A stretch of 58,102 nt of DNA, the filler included, from Dugesia japonica (lineage: Eukaryota), in assembly GCA_001938525.1 (NCBI GenBank). It is 5 parts of 5 records of this genome, joined end to end, with 100 filler letters (N's around TTAATTAATTAA, not from the genome) between each part and the next. Parts side by side here need not be neighbours in the genome. Positions count along the whole stretch, not along the records: positions 13,005 to 22,744 come from MQRL01469001.1; positions 22,845 to 35,032 come from MQRL01648127.1; 3 more parts are not named here. One strand, given 5' to 3'. The number at the start of each line of letters is the position of its first letter. Within the stretch, counting starts at the first letter, position 1. A program made the position numbers and the translations under genes. Below the pieces are notes generated by a model that was not told the DNA's origin, searched no databases, and was given only the letters and a program-made list of their open reading frames with translations. This document shows positions 13,570 through 28,001 of the stretch, in pieces.

Positions 13570-14256
13570 AATTTCAGTCAATGAAGAACCAAATCTTTCT
13601 GTAAATAAATGCATTTATTGTATCATAGTAATACAATAGTCATGGGATAGATTGCGATTTATACTAATATTCATGTTTCAATTATAACTTATTCTTTTGA
13701 TTACAGCGAATTAAGCATTATATATAATTAAAGTTTCTTCTTTATATGGTACATCTTTTGTGATTTTTGCTATTTCATATTTATTAAATAACTTTACTTT
13801 TTTATAACCATATTCTAATAAATTATTATTTAATTCTTCAGTATTTAATTTTGATTTTTATTCAATTAATTTTTCTTTATTTAAATGATCTTTACATATT
13901 AAATGATTATTATATTCTCTATTTTTTGCAAAGTTTTCATCACATATTTCACATTTAAATTCTTTCATACATTTTCCCCCATGAAAATAATTTCTTCGTG
14001 CTCCAAATGTTGTGAATTTCTTTCCACAATTCGGACATTGAAATTCTTTAATTTATTTAGGAATTAATACAATTTTCGATTTTAAGAACAAGTATGACTT
14101 TTGTACAGTTAATGTTTAAAATTTCTTATCATACTGAGGACAAAATAAAATCTTCTTTATTACATCTAATATTAGGTTTCCGTAAATTTCATTTTGGTTT
14201 AAATTTTTTATTACATTTCTCACATTTAAATTCTATATTTGTACTATATTTGCCAT
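13570..14256 (-). pseudogene. Degenerate intronless C2H2-type zinc-finger ORF
   Basis: FKCEKCNKKF, FQCPNCGKKF and FKCEICDENFAKNREYNNHLICKDH, separated by stops and frameshifts. 3' end approximate. Confidence 0.65.
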
Positions 14257-14325
14257 TTTAAAAATAAAATTATAAAATTATTATAAAATGATTTTAAAAA
14301 TCGATAAAATTTTAACTTTTAATAA

Positions 14326-14774
14326 CCCTAAAGTCTTCAAGATAACCGGCATCAGTGTATAAGCTGCACTGTCATATTTATAAAAAATCTCTTCTTATTC
14401 TGAACATAACCCGCATCTCATGCATAACTCTCTCTTCAAAAATGTCATGTTTACGTAATAATGGTAATAAACTACGCATTACATAATAATTTTTTTATTA
14501 TAAAATAGATTTTAGAATTTATAAAATAGATTTTAATATAGATATATTTCGTGAACTATTAAATGCCGAATTCTAGAAAATCCTATACAGCCTTTAAAAG
14601 CTTGAGATTTTTAGTTATGCCAACATGACCCTTATTGATGTACTTTTGCGCAATAAATCATCGATTATGTTAAGTTTTTTGATTGCATAACTCGCATCTC
14701 ATGAATAACCCACACAATATCAGATAAAACAGAGTTTTTTATATAGACCACGGGTTATCTTGGAGATTTTAGGA
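14326..14774. mobile_element. pogo/Tc1-mariner-type MITE
   Basis: Imperfect TIRs CCCTAAAGTCTTCAAGATAACC / GGTTATCTTGGAGATTTTAGGA with TA on the right flank. Internal repeated CATAACYCGCATCTCATG. Confidence 0.6.
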
Positions 14775-16179
14775 TACAATTTATTGTACATTTTATTTTT
14801 TACTTTACAATTTCTGTTCATTTTACGGTAAAGTTTACAATTTTCATTATACCACTTTTTTACAATTACTAATATTATTTTATAAGGTTATATCAAACAA
14901 AAAATTTTAAACTTTTAGAACACACATTATAAAATCAGAAAAATGTTTTAATGGTGAATGTTTAGTAAGTCAAAATTATCAGAATCATAGTTTTCAATCA
15001 ATACAAATATGTCAAATAATTTTTGAAAAATTATTTCATGTGATTAAAGAAGTAAGAATTAGAAAACAATTTACCAACTATAATTTGATGATAATCTTTA
15101 TGATAAATATTTTTCATTTACAACTATTGATTACATTTAAAATCGAAATTGAAAGTTAAAAGCGTTAATCAAAATTAGATTTTTATTTTATCTCCAAGAT
15201 TTTCGGCTAATCATAAATTTAAATCAACTATTCAACTTTTCAATATTTTACTGTGAATAACAGAAAAATATTGATACTGTACAAAGTGTTGTCAAAATAT
15301 TTTCGAAAACAAAAATATTAATATTTAATAAATTTATGATTTTATAAAAAAAACTTTTTTGGTGAGATTTTCAATATTTATTTTACATTTGTTTTAAAGA
15401 AAACACATGAACTGAACAGTAAATTAATACTTTCACTATATTTTTTATAAAAAGCTAAAATCTCATATTTTTTCATAATAATCAAAAATAATATATTTTC
15501 AATTATTTATAATAAAAAAATTTTTTAAATCATTATTTTATTTTGTTGCATAATGATTAACAAATATAAAGAATGGGGGGAATTTATTTTTCTTGTGGAA
15601 CTGTTATACATGAAAAATTCAATTATTAAAACTTAAAAAATAACAATCAAGAATTTAGTTATTTCTTTTCAATTTCAAGAATAAATAGTTTATTTAGTAG
15701 AGAAAGAAAATCTTGGATATTTACTCAATTCATCAGTCATCCGTAGTAAAAAATGCAATTGTGGCTGCTGTCCATAAATTTTTTTAATCGTTCAATAATT
15801 ATCTTAAATGATGGACTTCAAGTAGAAATAATAAGAAATTTATTAAACAAACATAATCAAAAACAACGAAACGATGAAGCGACAGACAAATGTGCAAATC
15901 GCAAATCAAAGTTATCTGAATGCATCTCAGCCACCTTATAATGTCATTTCATTGCTCTTATAAGCGAAATCATTTTCTGTGAGATACTCACTAAAATTTT
16001 TCGCTGAAGGTTATTTGCACTCCATACTGGATGTTTACTAAGCCTGAAATATGACTTAGAGTCGCCATATGATTAAATTTGCATTCTTTAAAAATTCATT
16101 TTTCGAGTTAGGAAACACTGATTTAAATAGTGAATTTCAGGGAAATATTTTGTAAATTATGTTTATTATATTTTTTTAA

Positions 16180-16666
16180 CCACTTGACCGGGAATGACAT
16201 GCTATGCTGTTATCTTCAACAAATTTCGACATAACATGTTTGTAAGTTCATTTTTCTATATTCGGTTAGAAAACATATTCTGCTTCATAATTTATAAAGA
16301 AAAGATTACAAATGACAATTTTGAAAAAAAAATATTTCATTTAAAATTTATTTTTAATGTTTAAACAGAAACACAAAAGCTTTAAAAACTTGTGTTTCTA
16401 TTTAAACATTTATAACCAAAACGAGTAGAACAATAGTTCCTGAAGAAGGTATAGCCGAAATATTGAACCGTCTAGGAAAATAGAAAAACATCGTTTTGAT
16501 CTTTGCAATTGAAAATACATTTTAAATGAAAGATTTGTTTTCTCAAAATATTCATTAATTTTACAGATCAATGGATAGAACAATTTTAAAAAAAAGATTT
16601 CAAATGTTTTCACATTGCAAATAGTGTTGTCACAAAATCCTGTCAATTTATTGTCAGGCGAAGTGT
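16180..16666. mobile_element. Possible piggyBac-type MITE
   Basis: TTAA flanks with imperfect TIRs CCACTTGACCGGGAAT / ATTGTCAGGCGAAGTGT. Confidence 0.35.
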
Positions 16667-17971
16667 TTAATATTTTATAGAAATTTAATAAACTTTATAC
16701 TTGTTTAAGTTATTATTATTAAAATTGATTTTTTATTTGAGATTTTTTAATAAAATTGATAAGTTTTATGCAGTAAAAACTTCAAAAAAAAATTAAATTA
16801 TTATTACAAGTTATTGAAATTTTTTTATTTTTCTTTTTCATTTTCTGATTTTATTAGTATTTTTTACAAAATGGTTTGTCAGTAATAAGTAGGTTTGTAG
16901 CAACGCTTTTCGAAGTTATGAAAAAAATTATTTTTAATTTAGTTTACGTAACATTTTTGTTTAAGAAACAATAGTATTAATTTTTTAATCACATAATAAT
17001 TGTAAAATATGTTATAATGATGAATATAATATTATCAGTGAGAAGATGAGCATAATACGCTGCTTTTGTACTATACTAGTAGTAGGAAGGGAGGAGTCGA
17101 GGNNNNNNNNNNNNNNNNNNNNNNNNNNNNNNNNNNNNNNNNNNNNNNNNNNNNNNNNNNNNNNNNNNNNNNNNNNNNNNNNNNNNNNNNNNNNNNNNNN
17201 NNNNNNNNNNNNNNNNNNNNNNNNNNNNNNNNNNNNNNNNNNNNNNNNNNNNNNNNNNNNNNNNNNNNGAATATAATATTTGAATTTGTCTATGTAACCA
17301 AGACATAGATTAGATTTAGGTTAGGCAATATTAGAATAATAATAAATGAATTTCGAAATGAACAGAATTAATACAGCTGTCGGGCACGGTCTTAGATGTG
17401 GGAAAAACAGACAAACAAACATGGAAATAAAGAAATCATTCGCAAAACCTTAAGAAAGGGGATAAATGGTAAAAAGAAAAATTCAATAAATCGTAAGGAA
17501 GTTGGTAAATAAATTATAATATCAAATAAATAAATGGACAAATAAAATATTTCAGGAAAATGAAAAGGGGCAGTAAAATTATTGGAAGAGAACATTACAA
17601 CAAAAAATATTAAAAATAAAAAATGGAGCTGGAATTTTGAAATCTGCAAATTTTATATCATTATTTATAAAGTTTGTGTAATACACAATTATTAATATCC
17701 GTATTATTAAAAATAATTATTGTTAATTAGAATTAAATTTATGTTTTGATATTTGTAGAGTTATAAAATAAATACAAAGTAAATATTAGTCAAATTATAA
17801 ATTATGATTAGAGTATAATAAAGGTATTATAATTGAAAATATAGTAATAAAATTATAATTCTTAGTAGTATAATTGTTATGATTCATTTTTAGAATTTTA
17901 GTAAATTAAAACAAAATACTTTGAATTAAATTGTTACTATTAAAGTTGTTATTATTAGTATTAGATTATTT

Positions 17972-20172
17972 TGCTGGGACGGAACCCAACCGTTAAACAG
18001 CAATAAACAATAGGTACAATAGTTAATCAAAGAAAGTGGGGGAAATAAATAGTTAATCGGCAAATCAGAATTTTATTACTGAAAGTAATTTCAATTACCA
18101 GAAATAATATATCACATACAAAAAATGAAGATAAGTGCCATATGAGCAACAGATATTCAAGAAAATAAAAGTAAATTAGCCATTAAAAGAAAGCAATTTA
18201 CCAAAAAACCTTGAACAAAATATAAAAAATTACTCAAATATTCCAGTTAAATCCACCAACCAAAATGGAATGACACAAACCAACGCAAAACACTCTGAGT
18301 TAATACAAACACGAATAAGTGATTTAGAATTTCTATCGGACGAACAAATTATCAAATTCCAAAACATATTAGAAGTTCCAACTAATAATCCAGAATACGT
18401 AAATTATGCAAGCAGAATTTCAATTAAATCGAGTCGCATCTCTACAATATCATTATTAACTTTCAATTTAAAACTCTCTCAGTCGACAAATAATTGCCTC
18501 AAAAATCAAAATTGGGCAATTCAGATCAAAGGCGACTCAAATTTAAATTCCGAGAATCAATTATTATCAGAATAATTATTGTTGTTTGCAGCAAACTCTC
18601 CCTCTTTTTTTGTCGTTAGTTGCTTAAAAGAATCATCTGCACTCTTCTTCTATGGGTCCGAGCCTCCTTTCTATGATATAGTAATCTTGAAGATTCTATT
18701 TTGAATTACTTGTTCAATTAGTCGGCATCTTGTAGAACAACTTATCTGTTTGCTCGACAATCTTTATATCTGTCTCGGACACCTTATTTATTAACCAATT
18801 GTTCTTCCTTATGATTGTCGTCTGCATCTTTGTTATCATTACTCGAATTAAATTCGTTGTTTATATTGTTGTCACAACTTGCCAATATTCGGGGTAGGTC
18901 TACTGTTACTGCATCATTCATTTGGAATATATGATCATTATTATTGCTTATATTAAAAAGGTCATCATTACTCTCTTAATCATTAGTATTATCATTGACA
19001 TCAACAAGATTGTTATTAGCAAATTAGATAGTTATTAGGAATAATTATTTTACTGAATACTTTCGAATGGAGAATCGTTACTTTTATTATTTCATTAATT
19101 TTACTATTTAATCAAAGGAAAAATCATAAATCATTATGTAGGAAAATTTTATTAGAACTGATTAATACGAGCTTTAGAGTTCATACTACAATACAGGTTA
19201 CAAAATTACTTACGTGAGCAGTGATAATCGTCCTGGGCAAGGAGCTTATTACTATCAATTCCTCAATTTAATCTTCATAATAATCTATAATTTATCCATT
19301 CTAACTCATCGACAGAAACCGTTACAGAGCTTTTGACATAATTTTCTAAGAAGTCACCTTTAACTTATTAAACTCAAAAGTGAAATTTTTCTTTTTTTAA
19401 CCTTTTTTTATTGGTTAATTTTTTGGAATTCCAAAATTGATGGAATCCGATTGGCCGTTTTCAAAAACCCTTAGAACTTTCTTCTTAGTGAAGCTACCGT
19501 CTTCTGACTAACATTTTCGAAATCTACGCACTTTTTTGATCATAACTTTTTTGTTTGATAATTTCTTTGGTTTTCTTCTGTTTTCAAATTATTTCAAATT
19601 ATTCTGTTTTCAAAATATTTTGGAATAAAACATTTTATTTTGACTGGTTTATTTTTATTTCCATAATTTAATTATTTAGTTTATTTGCTTATTTGTAGCC
19701 TGATTATTTCGATTCTCGTAGTTATTATTGTTATTATCGATAATACTGGGAATATCAGAATCATCCATATTGTTTTCCTCTTATTATCATCGTGGTTATT
19801 TTATCCCTAACAATATCATCATCGTACTTATAGGGTTTATCCGTGTTAATACTAGCAATAAACTTATGGGCCCTCATTGTCATTATTATCACCAATGGAT
19901 TTATTTATCATTATTAATTATACGTTAAATTAAATATCAGCACCGTTATTATAAATTATAATCAATTCCAGCATACTAAGGCTTGTGTCTATTTTCTTAT
20001 TATAATAACTCTTTGAACAAGTTCCTTTCTATTACTATCAGACTTAATTAAACTTTTACTAGTATTAATGTTCTGTATAGAATTAATTGACTTGGGTGTT
20101 GTCATGACTACTACTTTCATCACATTTCTAGCCTTTTGTCGGGTTGAATCAACGGATACCAAATTCCCAATA
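17972..20172. mobile_element. Degenerate 2.2-kb TG...CA-type element
   Basis: Ends TGCTGGG and CCCAATA (one mismatch each to TGTTGGG/CCCAACA). Flanks TATTT/TATTC. No recognisable ORF. Confidence 0.4.
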
Positions 20173-20349
20173 TATTCAGTTCAAGTATTATCGCACAATG
20201 AAGTTTATATTAAGACTTAATTAATCTGCTACATTTAAATGAAGGAAAACAATTCCAAAACCATGAACAACCAGCTACTATTTCGGTACAGGCCAAGTAG
20301 GACTTTTGGTGCAGAGGTGCAAATTTCCACAATCATGGATGGCGAAATA

Positions 20350-21509
20350 TTTAGTTGTAACATATGATATGTCCGAATTTAATAACCTATTTTTAAGATA
20401 ATCAAAGTCAAGTAATAATTAACACGGAAATTATTTATAAATCATTTTAAAGCTTGAAATATGGATTATCTTTATATAACATTTGTTTTAAAATAACATT
20501 TTATAAAATTTTTTTGAAAGCATGGAAGAAAAAGTAACAAATATGGAAATGCGTACCATTTTTTATATGAATGGAAATTGAAGCATAATGCAGCAGAAGT
20601 AGACGACCTGGTCTCATCATTAAAATTGACAAATTATTATTCCAGGTTGAGCTAAATACAAGTCAATCAGTTAGAGAACTTGCAAAAACGTTCAAAGTTA
20701 GTGGTCAGACTATCTCCCGTCATTTAAATGAGATTGGTAGGAAGAAAAAGATGGACCAATGGGTTTCTTATTTTTGGAATAAATTCCAAAAATTTCAAAG
20801 ATTGGATTTTTGCCGAAAGCTTTTGAAGCGCCATGAAACAGATTTTTTCTTATATCGCATCATTCCGTGTTATAAAAAATTGGTTATTCATCATAATTGT
20901 AGACGTTCTTCTCGATGGTTAGATGCTAATGAAGCTCCGTTACACTGTCCAAAACCAGATTTGAATCCGAAAAAGACAATGATAACAGTTTTGTGGTCTA
21001 TGGCTGGTGTTATACATTATTCTTTCTTAAACCAGGTGAGCCTATTACCTCAAACAAATATTGTTCTGAAATTGAAATAATGTATTAAAAAGTATGCATT
21101 AAACAACCATCAGTGGTCAACAGTAAAGGAATCACCATGTTTCATGACAATGCCCTCCACCCATATGTTGTAAAGAAGACGTTGCAAAAGCTGATCAACT
21201 TAAATATTGAAACTTTGCAAAATTCGCCAGACTTATCACCAACCGATTATCATTTTTTTAAGAATTTAAATCATTTCATGGATAAAAAAGTTTTAGTGTT
21301 CCGGAGGATGTCAAAGCTACCATATCCGATTTCATCGACTCCAGAAAGTCCGATTTTTATGCTAATGATATTTTAAATATAGTCTCTAGATTTCAGAAAT
21401 GTGTAGATTATAATGGTGACTATTTCATTTAANTAAAAAATGATTTCATTGGACTTTTATCAAATTTATTGTCTATTACGTAATCGGACATTTTATATGT
21501 TACAACCTA
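20350..21509 (+). mobile_element. Mariner (DD34D-type) transposon with pseudogenised transposase (~20522-21431)
   Basis: TIRs GTTGTAACATATGATATGTCCGA / TCGGACATTTTATATGTTACAAC. HTH SVRELAKTFKVSGQTISRHL, FHDNA and SPDLSPTDYHFF motifs; frameshifted. Confidence 0.92.
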
Positions 21510-21710
21510 CGACCACCAACTGGTCACAAACAAGCCAATCAGTAAAAGAGAAGATCTGTATCATGATGATCAAAATGCCGCAGTTAAGACGACAGAATAT
21601 TATATACACTCTTAGAGACGAGTCTCAGGGTGTAAAGATTTGGTAGTTAGAGTCGGAGGTCAAATGGGTCAGACAGAAAAATTGAAGGTTTGTGAAAGTT
21701 ACAGCTGGAT
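21510..21710 (+). pseudogene. Possible BEL/Pao integrase C-terminal remnant flanking the mariner
   Basis: Fragments NWSQTSQSVKEK and KDLVVRV resemble the W...VGDLV...GKDGxVR tail of BEL/Pao pol. Highly decayed. Confidence 0.3.
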
Positions 21711-23019
21711 ACTCTTCTTCTTCATCAGTTCCTCCATCCAAGAAGATCCGCAAAGTTTGATTTTACCTTAGTACTGAACATTAATAACTTTACTTAGTGA
21801 TCTCTTTGTTTGTAAATAAAAATATAAAATATAAAGTGTTTTTTGATTCATTGACTTAATTCAACACTAATGCTTCTATTGCCACGAAAAATAAACCAAA
21901 AGAAGATTAAGATGGTGAGCTCATACACTCCTAACGATGGGTAAGAGTAATCGGAGCTGCCATCAACGCAACTGAAAGGGGGTTGCATAAAATTCTCGTT
22001 TACGGGTTGTGGATAATGTTCCTGCTAAGCTGCGCGCGAGCGCTCGCGCAGCTTGTTTGATGTCTCAGCGCAGCTAAATTTATTCTGCGCGCAAGAACAA
22101 TTCTTGTGATTTCTGATGAGCCCTATTTCTTCTAATTGATTACATTTGTTCTTTGTGAATCAAAATATTTTTAGTCTTGACATAGTTAAGTTTAGAATTT
22201 ATATGTTTGATTTAATGGCATTAAATCTAATATGATGCTATAGTCCTCTCAGCAAGAAGTTTTATGATCTGGATAATAAATATTTAGTAGAACACAAACC
22301 AAATGTCAGCATATGATGATTTCCAGCCTCAGAGAAAGTATTTTAGACTGCTTCAAATCCTCGTGGTAATGATGCATGGCTTGGCGCGGGAAGTGGGAGT
22401 GGAAAGCTGTATATGTAAAAGAAGAACTATGGAGGGATAATATTCACGTCGCTGCCTTAGCTTGCTCAGTCACACAGCTGCTACTTATCTGAAATGGCTG
22501 TATGCCACCACTGGTAAATTGACATCTCCTGTGGGTTTCTAGAATATAAGACCAGTGATAGTAATTGAGACACCAGATCTACTCTCCTTCTTCTCTTTGG
22601 TAGACCTTGATTAATGTCAGAATTTCTGACTTTAATTAATGTCTTCCGTATGGAAGGAGAAGAGAAGATCTGGTGTCTCAATTACTACCATTTGCCTACT
22701 AGTCGCTAGAGTAGTAGAGTTAACATTGTAAGGTAATTTTAAAANNNNNNNNNNNNNNNNNNNNNNNNNNNNNNNNNNNNNNNNNNNNTTAATTAATTAA
22801 NNNNNNNNNNNNNNNNNNNNNNNNNNNNNNNNNNNNNNNNNNNNAAATCCTTAACAACTCGTCATCAATACGTTAGGCTGCACTTCTGAAATAGCAATAA
22901 TGGCCATCATCTGATAATGAGTCCATGGATACCAAGTTTTGCATCATAGCTTATATATATATATATATATATATACACTCGTTTAAATTTAATTTTTTAA
23001 ATATGGAAGTCTTTGTTAC

Positions 23020-23700
23020 AGGGCTTCTGAGAAGTAAGCCACATTACAAAGATGTGGACTGCTTGATTGAAACCTTAACAGTTTCTCAAACAAAGAACCA
23101 CACAAAACAAGAACTGTTTAAAGGTATTGGAATGCCACCCCAGCCTGTTGCCACAAGATGGGCAAGTTGGTTGAATGATGTGAAGTACAATGCTGAACAC
23201 TTTGTAACGATCAAAGCAATTATTGGCGACTTGTAAAGCGGGCAAAAGAAAATGATACGCATTCAACAGTAGCCAAGAGTTTGCGTGAGATTGTCAAAAT
23301 TATATTGTTTTGGCTGAAATTATTATTCCTGCTGAGAGTACAGATTACACTACCGAGTCTGTCGAAGGAAGTTTTTGAATTGCGGTTCATTAAATATCTA
23401 TGTCATATCAAAAAGTAAATTGAAGAAAGATTCGTGAAAAATAGAGTAATGAGTAAAAAATCTGCATTATAAAGTCCGAATTTTGGTCAAAAAAGTCAAA
23501 ATTTTCTTTTTAACATGATAAACAAAAGATTGTACTAATTATGACAATAAGAAACACGAAAAAAGAATCAATTTAACCAATGGAATATTTTTTTAATGAA
23601 ATTTCAGCCTACTTCAGCTTGTGTCAAAAGAATTTTTTCTTTGTTGAATAAACAAAAGACTGAAACTTTGCTCCTGAAATTTGGTAATAAAATTATGTTG
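23020..23700 (+). pseudogene. hAT-superfamily transposase remnant
   Basis: PPQPVATRWASWL and FQPTSACVKRIFS (degenerate ERxFS). Confidence 0.65.
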
Positions 23701-24579
23701 TTATAATGTTCAATAAAATGTAAACTATTGATATATTTTTCATTTACAAATCTAAATTTTCATAAATGTTAAGACTACTAAGCAGTGATAATTGTTTAAA
23801 AAAAGTAACATAATATCAAAAATTTGTTAAAAATTTTCATTATTATTTATTATTTCATTATTATTTATTTTCATTGGTAAAAAAAATTCAAATTTTTTTT
23901 AAAGGTAAAAACGAATGCTCTAATGACACATGCGTGATTAATTATGACTTCATGAAATAATGACAGAGGTATCATGCAAGCAACTAAGTCAAATGATACA
24001 AAATTCAGTTGAAAAACAAAAAGAAAAAGAAGTCAACTGACAGACTCTTATTCCATTGCTAGTTGGAAAAATTGACAGCAGCACTTAATTGAAGAATTAT
24101 AAATCCATGCATTTGGAGTCTAATTAATTTCTGAATCATTTTATAAACAAATTATCTGAAAGATTTTGTAAATTCGAAGATATTACCAAAAATCAAGAAT
24201 TATTAATTCTAACCAAAATTTTATAAATTTGATCATGATAAATAAAATAAATTTTTCCAGGAAAAATATTCCCACATAATTAAACTGAGAGAAAAAAAAC
24301 TAACATTTAAAACAACCATTCTATCGATTCTGTGGATTAGTTTTAATTATTTTTTAAAGATTAAAAAATAAATTATAATCCTACACACAATTTTCCCTAA
24401 AGAAAATACTACTGATATTCATTAGTAGATAATATTAATATATAATTATACTAGGTTTTAATTTAATTCCGTATTTATGGCTGGTTACGGGCCAGTAATT
24501 AAACAAAACCCAATCATGACATAATACATTACAATATATTAGTTTCTTCTGTATTAAAGAATATTTATTTCAACTAAAT

Positions 24580-25967
24580 ATGAAAATAAAATTGAGAGAA
24601 ATTTTATTCATTTTTCAAATTCCTTTTATCATTGGTAGCAATGTTACGTTAAAAGTAAATCAATTACCAATACGCATTAACTTCGCAAATGAATTTCCTC
24701 ATAACATTTCGAAATCGTTTTTTTTTTCTTTAAAAAATATAAATGAAGATTATAACTACCAATATTCTGAAATTATAATCAAATTATTATCTAGAAGTAA
24801 AGAACAAGAAAATTTTATTGTTCAACCGTTTATTTCCGATAATACTAAGAAGAAATACAAAGGAAAATATTTTTCATACAAAANAATAGTGATCAATCGA
24901 TTTTTTACAAATTTTACGATAAATTTCCATGAGAAAGCACAACAAGGATTTATTGAATTGATATTTATTTTGAATAAGGAAAAAAACGAAAAGAGAAGTT
25001 CATTTACGATTTACAAAAACAGAATTTTGTTGGAGTTTATTTCAGTTTTACAATTGAAAATTTTGAATAATAATTTAAATGAAAATTCTTTAATGATTAA
25101 TAAAACGGCAACAATAAAATGCCGGTTGATAAAATCATGGCAAAAATCAATAGTTACCATCATAACATCAAAACCACTGATTATTGTTAATAAAGGTTCA
25201 GAAATGTCGAGTGAACAAACGATTACATTTATTCCATCGGAAAACAATGACAAAATGAAAGTTATTTGTTATACGGCTGAATTAAAACAAGAAAGAATTG
25301 TTCGAGTTTATCGTAAGTATTGGTTTTTTTCTTTTATTATTTACAATAAAATTAAATTGATTTCCAGACCGTTCAACGTCAGTAGAGATCAAACCGGCAA
25401 ATTATTATTATTTAGAATTTGGAGATTTATTGGAATGTGTAAATACGGGTGGCGGTTATCCAGAACCAGAAATCAAATGGAAATTATCTACAAATTCTCA
25501 TAAGAATTTATCGGATTATTTCCAATTCACAAATTCAAATAAAAAAGCCTATTTACGTGTACTAAAAGCAGCACCGGAAATGAGTAAGTGGTCATTTGAA
25601 TGTTCAGCCACTAATTATCTACCTATCAAACAAATTGGTGAAACAAAACAGTCGATACAATTTACCATTACAGAATTGTCTACAAATTCTCGAAATTTAA
25701 GAAAAGCAGTTTATTTGCCAATTTCTATACCAATTGTTTTATTAATTTTATTAATCTTCAGTTTAATAAATTTATGTAGAATGAAAAAGAATACCAGAAC
25801 AAAACGTTTTCAAATGAAAACTAAAGAGTAATTGATTTTAGTGTTAAATTTAAAGTTTTAATTTTAAAAATTTTCCTAGGGAATTAAGCAGGATAAGAAA
25901 AGAACGATTTCTAAAGAAAACTAAAAAGTTTAATTTTGTTTTACCAGATGATAATGATAATTCATAA
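24580..25967 (+). CDS. Immunoglobulin-superfamily type I membrane protein; exons 24580-25312, 25368-25827, probable 25880-25967
   Basis: Signal-peptide-like N-terminus. Ig-like ATIKC...ITFIPSENNDKMKVIC. A 55-bp phase-1 GT-AG intron leads into LECVNTGGGYPEPEIKW...FECSATN, then a TM segment and basic tail. Last exon less certain: unspliced stop at 25829-25831. Confidence 0.8.
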
Positions 25968-25987
25968 TTAAAATTGAATTTATTTAA

Positions 25988-26167
25988 ACCTTATCCGGTC
26001 AGATTCTTTTAGCTACATAAAAGGTTCGCATGTGTACGAATTTGTGTGAATTTGTGTGTACGAATAAGTAGTGGCAAAGAAAATAATAAATTAATTAATT
26101 AACATGTAATTAATTAATTAATTTGTAATAGAATGTGTCCAACAGACACAACATAACCGGAAAAGGG
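25988..26167. mobile_element. piggyBac-type MITE (180 bp)
   Basis: TTAA on both flanks. TIRs ACCTTATCCGGT / ACCGGAAAAGGG. Confidence 0.65.
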
Positions 26168-28001
26168 TTAATGATAATTTATATAAATGTTGTTTAGTAT
26201 TAATTGTTTTTTAATTAGATATTTAATTTCAACAATAAACTCATTTTTAACTTATATATTAAAATTTTAATTCACAAAATTTACACTGTTTTATTGACAT
26301 TTTTTGACTAAGAATGAGATTAAGAAAACAACAATTTCTAAAAAAAATAAAAAGTTTTATTTTGTTTTACCAAATTAAAATTCATTGAAATGTAATTACG
26401 ACAAAATATGAACAAATAAAGTAATAAATGAATAGTAATAAATGAATGAGTTTTATCAACGGTTATTCATTTACAAAATTCTTGTGGATAGAATTTTTAT
26501 AATTTTTTTCGAAAGTAATTTGGTTTTTATAATCGTAATTTTATTTTAATAAGAATATTGTTTTTATTCTAATATTTAACAAAACTAAACAAAACTCAGA
26601 AATGAATTATTTATAATCAATAATTATTAAATACCCAGAAAAGGTTAAAATCACCAATTTTGTCAGATATGTTCGTAATGTTTTTTTTATGTTTTCAATT
26701 GAATTTCTTAGCAAAATCGTTTTCTAACAAATTAGCTAAGTCTTGTATTTTTTAACGATTTTTAAAAATAATTTCCATGTAAATTTCTTGAGAGTTTTCC
26801 TTTATTTTTTCTCGTTATATTTTAAGTAATTTCATTGGTTAGAAATTTCCGTTTATAATATTTCGTTTTTTTGAAATTAATTTCATTGCTCTTGTTGGGA
26901 TTTGCAACCCCAAGCTCGCCATATCTATTGAAATACTTACTTTAATTAATTGATCACATCTGAGTCCTAAGCTAAATCTATTCTTGAAATTTTAAATTTA
27001 TAAAACCATTTTGATTTTTTCATCCCAATAAATAACTGAGTATTTCACCAAACTATTTATTAATACGAACAATGATAATAAATTATGGAGCAAATTCCAT
27101 CAAATTTGCAAAGATTTATATTCAAGTACACACATTTGCCAGCTCGTTTTATATAGCAACTAAAAAATTATTACCAGAGACTTCAATTCAAGTATCGAAT
27201 ACTTGATACTCGAGTATACTCGTCTATTTTTCAAGTACTCAGTAGTCGTAAATTTGTTTCCACAACGTTGAGAACCATGCATCCTGAACACTTGATTGAG
27301 ATCTGATAAATAAAACTCATCAGTAAATTTTATTTATATTGTTAGATGAATTTTGAGAACTCATAGGATTATCAACATCAAAATTCAACTCCATACATTT
27401 ATTAAAATAAAAACTTATTTTAATTATTACTTATTTCATTATTTGGTTAATCAAACAAATTGAAATCCATGCTTCAATTAGAAATTATTTTCTAATAAAT
27501 TCAAAATTTTAAATTAAAACTTTATTTAAAATACTTCGAAAATTTAAGCAAATAATTATCTGTTTTCGAAATTTTATTAAAAAAAACTTTCACAATATTT
27601 TTAAAAAAAACATCATTCGCTACTAAAATATTTAATTTTTACTTTTAAAATTTTAACTATATAAATATTTTTATATAAAAAAATATTTGAATTAATCTTT
27701 AACTACACATAATTTTCGTACCAAAACTTAATTTAATTTATTTTATCAAAACAGAGATTTTTTTAAAAAAAAATTCCCAATCAAATCACATAAATTTCAA
27801 CTCGCTTCAAAACCACTCACAAATATATTTATCGTTTTATATTTTTTTCCGCTGTTTAGATGACTTTGGGATTTTGAAAAGGCAAATCAACAAGTGCGTG
27901 AGTTTAAATCAGTTTAATTTTAAAATCTAATAATTTGTATTGTGATATATGTATGCCCAATATCTTAATATAGTTATTATAAATAAAATGTTAATTGTAT
28001 A

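Noticed and set aside
17046-17308. ORF-track entries spanning N runs (also ~37318-37727, 42022-42256, 56613-56897)
   Set aside because: Artefacts of translating gaps.
26893-27030. TGTTGGGA...TCCCAATA mini element
   Set aside because: No matching TSD and no second copy in the window.
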